From: Candidatus Methylomirabilis oxygeniifera
GTDB lineage: Bacteria > Methylomirabilota > Methylomirabilia > Methylomirabilales > Methylomirabilaceae
Assembly (NCBI GenBank): GCA_000091165.1
Contig: FP565575.1
Coordinates: 1,740,001 to 1,772,000 of the forward strand
Direction of reading: 5' to 3'
Length of the DNA stretch: 32,000 nt
The notes under the pieces: generated by a model
The model's database searches: none
Seen by the model: the letters and a program-made list of their open reading frames with translations, nothing else
Told to the model about the DNA's origin: nothing
Translations under genes and position numbers: made by a program
Part shown: positions 9,580 through 16,983 of the stretch, one piece after another
How the letters are laid out: each line of letters begins with the position of its first letter
How positions within the stretch are numbered: the first letter of the stretch is position 1

Positions 9580-10662
9580 CTAGACGACCCTGTTGATCTT
9601 TGGACTACCCAACTTTTCCGCGTGGTGCTCAAACGCTCTAACCAATTGGTGGACCGTTGCACCATCGCCCGTGTCACTCCCGATCACCTGGATTCTAGAC
9701 GGCGGGTCCTTATCGCCAAACGGGAAGTCAAGGACATGGAAAAGCAGTGCGCGATCCGTTGTGACCACCATATGGAAAGGGGCATGTCCGTCCTTGAATA
9801 CCCAAACCTGCTTCTGAATCTCCAGCAGGCGATTAGGCTCAGAGCTTTGCAGGGCACCTAGTAGCGCTATTGCCTGATAGTAAGGTTTCCTTAGTCGCAG
9901 GTCGTCCCAACGGCCGCTCCCGCTCCAAGCCCAGTAGAAGCCTCCCAGGCTCGTATTCTTGACAGTGTTCAGGTCCGCTTCTTGCACATCGCGGGGCTGG
10001 AGGGAGACCTCTTTATCCCTCTCGTCCATATCTCTAGGGATAACCCATTCCCAGTCTCTGCAGATTACGCGCACCGTGATCCGCGGGTTGTTGAACGCAT
10101 GGGAGAGTTTGTCCAGGACTTTCGGATATCTCTCGTGCGCCGATATGTTTCCGAATGAAACCGCATTGGCGACTATGAGTATTTGTCCTGCCCCATCCTT
10201 CGCTCTCTCAACCTCTGCGTCCACCATCCTGCCAACGTGTTCAAGGAGAACGTCATAGGAATAAATCCGAGACAGGATATCGTCCAACTTATTCAGGGTG
10301 AAGAAGAAGCTTGCAACAGTTACAACAGCGATCCCAATAGGCAAGACTACCCCAACCGACCCCAACCATGTATTCGGTACAGCCAATGAAACCGACAACA
10401 GGGCCACGGCCAGCAGAAAGAGGCAAGGCGCAATGAACTGCTTACGATTCACAGTCCGGCCGAATACACCGAGACTGCGGTGGTAGTAGTAAACAGTTCG
10501 CCATGCTGCTGGTATTGCTATCGCGACAGCCACTGAAACGGCCAAACCAGCTCCTATCATTTTCGCAGGACCAAGATATGAAGAAATAAGAAACAGCATG
10601 CCGAGGAAGCTACCTAGCCCAATGAGGAGGTCAGCCTTGCTAAACCCCTTGTGGTTCACCAT
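9580..10662 (-). CDS. Membrane-anchored protein of unknown function (paralog of 12624-13796)
   Basis: N-terminal hydrophobic segments, then VLLEHVGRMVDAEVERAKDGAGQILIVANAVSFGNIS...RITVRVICRDWEWV and ...HMVVTTDRALLFHVLDFP. Probable start at MVNHKG. Confidence 0.7.
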   Translation of the reverse strand: MVNHKGFSKADLLIGLGSFLGMLFLISSYLGPAKMIGAGLAVSVAVAIAIPAAWRTVYYYHRSLGVFGRTVNRKQFIAPCLFLLAVALLSVSLAVPNTWLGSVGVVLPIGIAVVTVASFFFTLNKLDDILSRIYSYDVLLEHVGRMVDAEVERAKDGAGQILIVANAVSFGNISAHERYPKVLDKLSHAFNNPRITVRVICRDWEWVIPRDMDERDKEVSLQPRDVQEADLNTVKNTSLGGFYWAWSGSGRWDDLRLRKPYYQAIALLGALQSSEPNRLLEIQKQVWVFKDGHAPFHMVVTTDRALLFHVLDFPFGDKDPPSRIQVIGSDTGDGATVHQLVRAFEHHAEKLGSPKINRVV

Positions 10663-10666
10663 TGCC

Positions 10667-10867
10667 TCACCTTCCCACCCAATGGACAAATCGCCGTTCG
10701 GCAAATTCGATTCCCTTGTTCAGTACGTATCCCATCAATCTCACTACCAGAATCGACGCGCGCATCTCCGCCGAGCGAAAAATGAGATGGAAGTCGTAGA
10801 GGCGCATGCCGGGGTCGCGGCTCAAATCGCGTAGTAGCCGCAGGCGCTTAGAATTCGATTCGCTCAC
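10667..10867 (-). pseudogene. Chimeric duplication remnant: radical SAM gene 5' end fused to ABC permease gene 3' end
   Basis: MSESNSKRLRLLRDLSRDPG matches the radical SAM N-terminus (MSESTSKRVRLLRDLSRDPG); the following 46 aa MRLYDFHLIFRSAEM...FVHWVGR match the permease C-terminus at about 33/46 residues. Confidence 0.85.
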
Positions 10868-10891
10868 AGTAGCCTCGACAGAATCGCGGCC

Positions 10892-11377
10892 TCATCTGCA
10901 CGACCAGCACAGTTCAAACGCTGTCTCCAGAAACCGAATGAATGGCTGGTCGGTCGTCTCGAAAACAGACGCCTCAAACTTCTGTATTGCTCCCCAAGCA
11001 CCGAGAAACAACACGGCACGCTCCCCGTCCGCAACTGCAAAGCTCAGCTCTGGTGCGGGGCCGCCGCCAACTCGCCGAACATGCCCTCCCGCGGTTTCAA
11101 GCGCAGCGATCATCGCCTCGGTGCGCTCGAAGTACGGGGTGTCTGCCATCTTGCTGCCAACGCGAGCGAAAAAGGCTTGAGAAGACTCCGGGTCAAGGCA
11201 AATGAGACGGCACCTCACGCCGGCTTTTGCCTTGCGGACCAGAACGTGCTCCGGGTCAATAAATTTGCGGAGTTCCGGCCGATCAACAACCTGGCCTGGG
11301 TACGGGCTTCTCACCTTGATGTCCAAGGCTGTCGAAGCCGACTCCACCAACTTGTAGAAGCTATCAGCGATGGACAT
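10892..11377 (-). CDS. Small soluble protein of unknown function, possibly related to the soluble domain of the two membrane proteins
   Basis: 161 aa, MSIADSFYKLVESASTALDIKV...KAGVRCRLICLDPESSQAF...ELSFAVADGERAVLFLGAW...FIRFLETAFELCW. Confidence 0.65.
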   Translation of the reverse strand: MSIADSFYKLVESASTALDIKVRSPYPGQVVDRPELRKFIDPEHVLVRKAKAGVRCRLICLDPESSQAFFARVGSKMADTPYFERTEAMIAALETAGGHVRRVGGGPAPELSFAVADGERAVLFLGAWGAIQKFEASVFETTDQPFIRFLETAFELCWSCR

Positions 11378-11404
11378 GGGAACGGCCCTCCTGAAAAGAA
11401 ATCA

Positions 11405-12178
11405 TCAAGTCAGAATTCCAGCAACCTGTATAATCTTCGAAATTTGCCGCGAGACATCCTTGTCGGGGTGAGGATGCTCACCGGGAACGGATATCACTAC
11501 CACCCTTGCACCGGCAGACGTGATCACCTTCTCAGTCTCTTCTATCAAGCGCTCAGGGACTACGCTGTCGTCTTGGGCGCAGATGATGACATGTTGCCGA
11601 GTCGGAACAATCCAGCTCTTGATCTCTTCGTCACTTGGGTCTTGGAGCGACGCAATGAATTGTGCGTCCACCTTCGCATTGTCGAACTCAGTAAAGCCGA
11701 GACGGCGGATCTCATGCAGTCGGTACCGTATCTCCAGCGAGGTGCGTAGCCATATGATAGGTGCCCACATGATCAATGGCACATCAGGCGCTTCCAGCAG
11801 CGCTTCCATGGCGATTCTTGCGCCGTATCCGCGTGCGATTACGACGTCCGGCATCCGTCTGCTTTGCCTGTGCAACGCGGCCATCGCTGCTTTCGTGTCT
11901 GCGACCATGGACACCGCCGTCCTCAACGATTCCCCTACCTCCGGCTTCAGGCTGTGCCGGTAATCAAACCGAAGCGATGACCAAAATTCCACGTCTAGGC
12001 TGTCGGCAAGGTCATCGAGCGACGACCGGCATTCCAAACTTCCCGTGAGACCTCGACAGATAAGTGCCCATTTCCTCCCGACCGTCGTACGCCGGAGTTT
12101 GCCGGCCAGCGAGCCCTTATCCTCAACAAGAATCTGAATGGGCTCATCCCCCGCTACTGCGCTTGACTCGTTTGACAT
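11405..12178 (-). CDS. Alpha/beta hydrolase-like protein
   Basis: LAGKLRRTTVGRKWALICRGLTGSLECRSSLDDLADSLDVEFWSSLRFDYRHS, VVIARGYGARIAMEAL, QHVIICAQDDSVVPERLIEE, VISVPGEHPHPDKD. Start chosen at MSNESS, preceded by AGGAGGTGA. Confidence 0.65.
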   Translation of the reverse strand: MSNESSAVAGDEPIQILVEDKGSLAGKLRRTTVGRKWALICRGLTGSLECRSSLDDLADSLDVEFWSSLRFDYRHSLKPEVGESLRTAVSMVADTKAAMAALHRQSRRMPDVVIARGYGARIAMEALLEAPDVPLIMWAPIIWLRTSLEIRYRLHEIRRLGFTEFDNAKVDAQFIASLQDPSDEEIKSWIVPTRQHVIICAQDDSVVPERLIEETEKVITSAGARVVVISVPGEHPHPDKDVSRQISKIIQVAGILT

Positions 12179-12180
12179 AG

Positions 12181-12630
12181 TCACCTCCTGGGAATCTCCG
12201 CTGTACTCATCGCCATTTCCTGCTTTCTGATCACGGCCAGCGTACAACGCGAAACGCAGATCAAATCGCCAGCCTCGTCCGTAATCCTGACGTCCCACAC
12301 CTGAGTCCGGCGGCCGATGTGAAGCGGCGTTGCGGTAGCCGTTACCACGCCGTCCCGCTTCGTGCGCAAGTGATTCGCGTTAATCTCCAGGCCGACGACG
12401 CACTCCCTCGACTTGTCAACATGCAGCATTCCGCCGATAGATGCGGCGGTCTCGGCCAGCGCCACTGATGCACCACCATGAAGGAAGCCTAGAGACTGGT
12501 GAATCTTCTGCGTAACGGGCATATGGGCAACCACGCGTTGTTTCGTCGCTTCATTCACGGCAATCCCAAGAGCGCGACGGAGGCCCATTTGACCCGTATG
12601 CCTGTGTGTTATCATGAAACGTCCTACCAT
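12181..12630 (-). CDS. Hotdog-fold thioesterase (PaaI/MenI-like)
   Basis: 149 aa MPVTQKIHQSLGFLHGGASVALAETAASIGGMLHVDKSRECVVGLEINANHLRTKRDGVVTATATPLHIGRRTQVWDVRITDEAGDLICVSRCTLAVI. Confidence 0.88.
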   Translation of the reverse strand: MVGRFMITHRHTGQMGLRRALGIAVNEATKQRVVAHMPVTQKIHQSLGFLHGGASVALAETAASIGGMLHVDKSRECVVGLEINANHLRTKRDGVVTATATPLHIGRRTQVWDVRITDEAGDLICVSRCTLAVIRKQEMAMSTAEIPRR

Positions 12631-13796
12631 GGCGACGGAATCAAAGTGGCCCTGCTTTCATCCGCGTGATACTCGAAAGCGGCCCTGAGCCTCCGCCTTA
12701 GCGCTCCGTCGGTACTCTCGAAAGCGGCCACATGAACTTCTTCTCCCTTCCTGTCCCCCCCGTTATTTGCCGGAAGATCCAGAGTGTTGAACACAATGGA
12801 TGCCCTCGATGTGAGTACAAAGTGAAGAGGAACTCTTTTTGGTTTCTGATCGGGTTTTCCCAACGCGACGGTACGTCGCGGAGCCTTCTGGCGCTGAGCC
12901 GACGTTTGGGAGACATGTGTCACGGCACCCAAAATCCCCAGTGCTTCAGTTAGCGCCAACGCTGCATCAGCTTTCTTGTTCAAGTGTTCAGCGACCTCGC
13001 GGTAGAACTCCGCCAAAGGCGTCTCGATTATGTCCAACTCCCTTTCCACTGAATCTGATGGACGTTCCGGAACATGACTCCGCTGGTCCGCCGATAGTGA
13101 AGGATAGAGCCAATCCCGTTGCCCACCGGCATCGACTGACGTCCAATCCAGACAGAGCGTTTGAACTTCTAAGCTCCGGTTGCCGAGTGCGTCATGCAAT
13201 GTCTCATAGAATCGCAAGAAACTCATGCGATCCGAAAGATTCCCAAAAGTCGGAGCATTCGCCATGATCCAGACGAACCGGTTTCCGCGATGTGCGTCCC
13301 TTGCTTCGTCGTTGATGAGTTTTGCGACGCGCTCATGAAGCGTCGCGTAGTCGACAGCGCGCCCTTCGATCTCCTGAAGCCGCACCAGTGTTGCAAAGAA
13401 CCCAAGTATCGTTATCAGGCCCAGAAGTGCGGCAAAGATCGTGCCAGGTCCGCCAAACAAGGTCTTCCCAAGTTCTGAGAGATCAATGCCGGGAGGGACG
13501 CACGCAGGGCGTCGTTGTCCTACGACAAACAAGAAGAGCAGCGACATGCCAACAATACCTGTCCAAATGGGAACGGCATGCCAACTCCTTCCCCCGCCGA
13601 ACAGGAGAAAGAGGACACTGCGATACCCGCGCAGCAAGTTGGACAAGCCGAAAAGCGCGATACCGAGGAACACGACGAAGATGACGTGCGCAGACAACGG
13701 AAGGCTATCGGGCACCAACCAAAAAACAGTCACGATCCACGCCAGACCCGCGATGATGCCAACCAACAATACCAAGAAAAGGCTGGTTCGCAGCAT
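12624..13796 (-). CDS. Membrane-anchored protein of unknown function (paralog of 9580-10662)
   Basis: Several N-terminal hydrophobic segments; HERVAKLINDEARDAHRGNRFVWIMANAPTFGNLSDR...EVQTLCLDWTSV and HFVLTSRASIVFNTLDLP parallel the other protein. Start chosen at MLRTSLF. Confidence 0.7.
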   Translation of the reverse strand: MLRTSLFLVLLVGIIAGLAWIVTVFWLVPDSLPLSAHVIFVVFLGIALFGLSNLLRGYRSVLFLLFGGGRSWHAVPIWTGIVGMSLLFLFVVGQRRPACVPPGIDLSELGKTLFGGPGTIFAALLGLITILGFFATLVRLQEIEGRAVDYATLHERVAKLINDEARDAHRGNRFVWIMANAPTFGNLSDRMSFLRFYETLHDALGNRSLEVQTLCLDWTSVDAGGQRDWLYPSLSADQRSHVPERPSDSVERELDIIETPLAEFYREVAEHLNKKADAALALTEALGILGAVTHVSQTSAQRQKAPRRTVALGKPDQKPKRVPLHFVLTSRASIVFNTLDLPANNGGDRKGEEVHVAAFESTDGALRRRLRAAFEYHADESRATLIPSPW

Positions 13797-13806
13797 AGGT
13801 TTCTCC

Positions 13807-14556
13807 CTATCGGCCACTCCAATGAACGAAATGTTTCTCGGCGACCTCAACGATCTTGTTCAGTACATATCCGATAATCCCCACCACCAGAACGGAGGCG
13901 TACATCTCGGCTGACCGGAACATCAGATGGAAGTCATAGATACGCATGCCCAGTCCTGTCCGAGTCCCGATGAACATTTCCGAGACCACAACAATGATGA
14001 GCGAAAGAGAGAGCGTGATGCGCCACCCGGCGACCAATCCGGGAAGGACACTAGGCATGAGAACGCGAACGAAGAGAAACAGACCATTTGCACCCGCGAT
14101 ACGCGCCCCAAGAACGCGATATCGTGGGATCGTCCGCACAGCATAGGCTGCTTGGATCGCGTTGATGAGCGAACACGTGAAAGCGGCAACGGCAATGCGC
14201 GACAAGTCGCCCAGGCCGAAGAGAAGCATCGCCAAAGGGATCAACGCGGGCGACGGCATGGATCGGAAGAAATCAAAGATGACCTCGACCGATTCATAGA
14301 GTCGCGCCCATACCCCAAGGGGAACGCCCACGACGACGCCCACGATGGCGGCGATCACGAACGCAATTCCCGTCCGATACAGAGTCGCTCCCGCATCACG
14401 CCACAGCGGACCATCCGCTAGTAGCGCTCCCAAGGTCGCCAGTACACGCCACGGGGAGGGAAGGAAGATCGGACGGACAAGGCCAAGGCCCGTGACTGCG
14501 GCCCACAGCGCCAACAGGACCAAGGGGCCGAGAACGATCCACCATTTCCTTATCAC
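13807..14556 (-). CDS. ABC transporter permease, NitT/TauT (SsuC/TauC) type
   Basis: 249 aa, FFRSMPSPALIPLAMLLFGLGDLSRIAVAAFTCSLINAIQAAYAVRTIPRYRVLGARIAGANGLFLFVRVLMPSVLPGLVAGWRITLSLSLIIVVVSEMFIG. Confidence 0.93.
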   Translation of the reverse strand: MIRKWWIVLGPLVLLALWAAVTGLGLVRPIFLPSPWRVLATLGALLADGPLWRDAGATLYRTGIAFVIAAIVGVVVGVPLGVWARLYESVEVIFDFFRSMPSPALIPLAMLLFGLGDLSRIAVAAFTCSLINAIQAAYAVRTIPRYRVLGARIAGANGLFLFVRVLMPSVLPGLVAGWRITLSLSLIIVVVSEMFIGTRTGLGMRIYDFHLMFRSAEMYASVLVVGIIGYVLNKIVEVAEKHFVHWSGR

Positions 14557-15320
14557 CGCCCCACCTCCTGCAGGAAAGTAGCAACGACTTCGCGTCGCAG
14601 GTTCGAGAACTCGACGCTCGTCAACAGGTCGTGCTGCCGGGGACGAAGGAATGGGACGGGAAACCGCTTCAGCACGCTCGCCGGGATCTTGCTGAGCATG
14701 ATCACCTCGTCGCTGACGTACAGGGCCTCATCCACGTCATGCGTGACGAACAGGACTGCCGTGGAGTTCGTTTTGACGATGGACTCGACGAAGTCCTGCA
14801 TCCTGAAGCGCGCCCGGTTATCCAAGGCGGAAAACGGCTCATCGAGGAGGACATTGGCCGGTTCCTGAATGAGCGTGCGCGTCAGGGCGACCGTCTGTTG
14901 CTGCCCGATACTGAGTTGGTAGGGATAGTTGTCGCGCGGGAAACCGAAGCCGTGCTTGTCGAGGAATGCAACGGCCAGTTCGCGTGCGACGGCAGGGGCG
15001 ATACCCATTGCGCGGAGACCGAAGGTTACGTTGTCGAGTGCCGACTCCCAGGGAAGAAGCACGTCGCGGAAGTTCTGGAAGGCGTAACCCACCACGGGAG
15101 CATGAGCGTGTTTGCCTGTTACGGAAACGTCGCCTCCGTCGGCCGTTTCGATTCCCGCCACGATGTTCAGGATCGTAGTCTTGCCGCAGCCGTTCGGTCC
15201 GAAGAGCGCCACCACCTTGCTTTCCGGTACGTCCAGGTCAATGCCGTCGAGCACCGTAACTGACTCTCCGGTCTCCTTTGACCGAAAGCCTTTCCTCACG
15301 CTCTTCAGACTGATCGCCAT
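14553..15320 (-). CDS. ABC transporter ATP-binding protein, NitT/TauT (SsuB/TauB) type
   Basis: Walker A FGPNGCGKTT, signature YQLSIGQQQTVALTRTL, Walker B NVLLDEPFSALD; 4-nt overlap with permease. Confidence 0.95.
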   Translation of the reverse strand: MAISLKSVRKGFRSKETGESVTVLDGIDLDVPESKVVALFGPNGCGKTTILNIVAGIETADGGDVSVTGKHAHAPVVGYAFQNFRDVLLPWESALDNVTFGLRAMGIAPAVARELAVAFLDKHGFGFPRDNYPYQLSIGQQQTVALTRTLIQEPANVLLDEPFSALDNRARFRMQDFVESIVKTNSTAVLFVTHDVDEALYVSDEVIMLSKIPASVLKRFPVPFLRPRQHDLLTSVEFSNLRREVVATFLQEVGR

Positions 15321-15344
15321 AGCGCCTCTCGTCTCTGAAACGGG

Positions 15345-16322
15345 CTATCTGCCGGCAACGAAGTACAAGCCGGCGGTAGCGACACGCTTGGGCAGGACGC
15401 CCTTCTCCGCGTACAGATCGGCCAGTGTCTGAACCGAATCGCGGTCCATGGTATCGGGGCCCCAGTTGTCATAAAGGGCCACCTTCGCCACGATGTTGGA
15501 GTCAACCGGCGCGTACTTCAGGAACGTGAGCGCCGCTTCCTCTGGATGCGCCTTGAGGAACTGGTGTGCCGCCGTCAGTCCCGCAATGATCCTTCCTACG
15601 ACCTTCGGTTTCTCGGTGGCCATGCGTGCCGAGACAACACTGACCGCGGTCGGGAAGGGCTTCTGGATGAATTCATAGAGGGGGTTGACCGAGATTGTGC
15701 GTGCGAGACCTTTTGACTCAAGAAGCGTCCCGGTCGGTTCCAGACAGAACAAGGCGTCCACCTGTCCGCTCTCAAGAGCTTGCGGTTGCAGTGGCGGTTT
15801 CAGTTGAACGATCTCGACTTCGCGCTCGGCGTCGAAGTACCGTCCGAGGATCAACTTCAAGAAGACCACCATTTGCGAGCCGGGGAAGGTTCCGACCTTC
15901 TTGCCCCTCAAGTCGGCCAACGTCTTAATGGGCGAATCCGTCTTGACGACGATCCGGTGAACCTTCGTGTCCGCGGTCGCCGCAGTCATTTCGATGATGC
16001 GGAACTGGTCCGGGGTGTTTGCCTCAAGGGCAAGGGCCGCTTCAAGAGCGACTATGGCGGTTGCGTCAATCCGTCCAGCGATCAGCGCTTCCAACGCCTG
16101 ATTGCTCGTCTCGAACTTGATCGGCTCGACCTGTAGTCCCCGCGCCTTGAAGAGGCCCTTCTCGACGGCCACAAAGAAACTCGCGTCCGAGGTGATCGGC
16201 AGATACCCCATGCGGACGCTCTCCATCGTCTCCGGCGGTTGACTGCGCCGGCAAGAGAAGACGAAGATTGCCGCACAAGCCAACCCGACGACCAGTAGAC
16301 GAACGAACGCTCTCCTATTCAT
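15345..16322 (-). CDS. ABC substrate-binding lipoprotein, NMT1/THI5/SsuA-like
   Basis: Lipobox-like signal LACAAIFVFSC; VRMGYLPITSDASFFVAVEKGLFKARGLQVEPIKFETSNQALEALIAGRIDATAIVALEAAL; LADLRGKKVGTFPGS. Start chosen at MNRRAFV, preceded by AAAGGAAG. Confidence 0.92.
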   Translation of the reverse strand: MNRRAFVRLLVVGLACAAIFVFSCRRSQPPETMESVRMGYLPITSDASFFVAVEKGLFKARGLQVEPIKFETSNQALEALIAGRIDATAIVALEAALALEANTPDQFRIIEMTAATADTKVHRIVVKTDSPIKTLADLRGKKVGTFPGSQMVVFLKLILGRYFDAEREVEIVQLKPPLQPQALESGQVDALFCLEPTGTLLESKGLARTISVNPLYEFIQKPFPTAVSVVSARMATEKPKVVGRIIAGLTAAHQFLKAHPEEAALTFLKYAPVDSNIVAKVALYDNWGPDTMDRDSVQTLADLYAEKGVLPKRVATAGLYFVAGR

Positions 16323-16983
16323 ACCGCTTCCTTTCTGCCAGAACCAAGACTGACCATACCACACCTTCAAATCCGGATCACCGCCTAACCGACCTCGTAG
16401 TCGATCTATCTTCTCCATGGCAAGGGGTGAAGGTTCTCCATAATGTGTTACTTATGTCCCTGAACATCTGTCACTCTTGACTCCGGTCTGTACACCTTCT
16501 GGGGGAGGGAGATCAACTGCTTCAGGGAGAAGAGGCCGGAGACGGTCAAGGGCCGAAACTTGACATGCAACGAGGCCAGGAACTCCCACACCCTTCCCGT
16601 TGCCGCCTGTTCTCGCTCCTCGAGGAGCACCCAGAAATCCTAAGATGACTCGCTTCTCGGGGACGGTTAGCGGTGTATACACCTCGAAGCTATAGCCTCA
16701 TGACGGTCTTCTGCGGCATCTCCAGCCGACGACGGGCAATATGGCCTTTCCTCAGATTCTCGGCGTCCTCAGACACTCGACATCATAACGACTCCATCTT
16801 CAATCAGCCTAGTACAGATTACGGAGTAATCTATACCCTCTGCAGCAGCAAGCGCGATTCCCGAGAGCACCGTTAACCTACACTCCAGCGCCTGACACTT
16901 ACGATCAACGGCCACGAAAAACGGGCCGCCGTATCGCTTTGTTGGGCATCAATCCCCATTAACAAATCGTCTACATTCAGCCA

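Noticed and set aside
12655-12725. Two copies of a GGCCGCTTTCGAG-like sequence (minus strand)
   Set aside because: They fall within the coding region of the 408-aa protein (VAAFES... / RAAFEY...) and are too short and only two in number to be a meaningful repeat array.
16323-16440. Possible TPP riboswitch upstream of the NMT1/SsuA-like gene
   Set aside because: Neither the CUGAGA nor the ACCUGAUC-type conserved boxes were seen on the minus strand.
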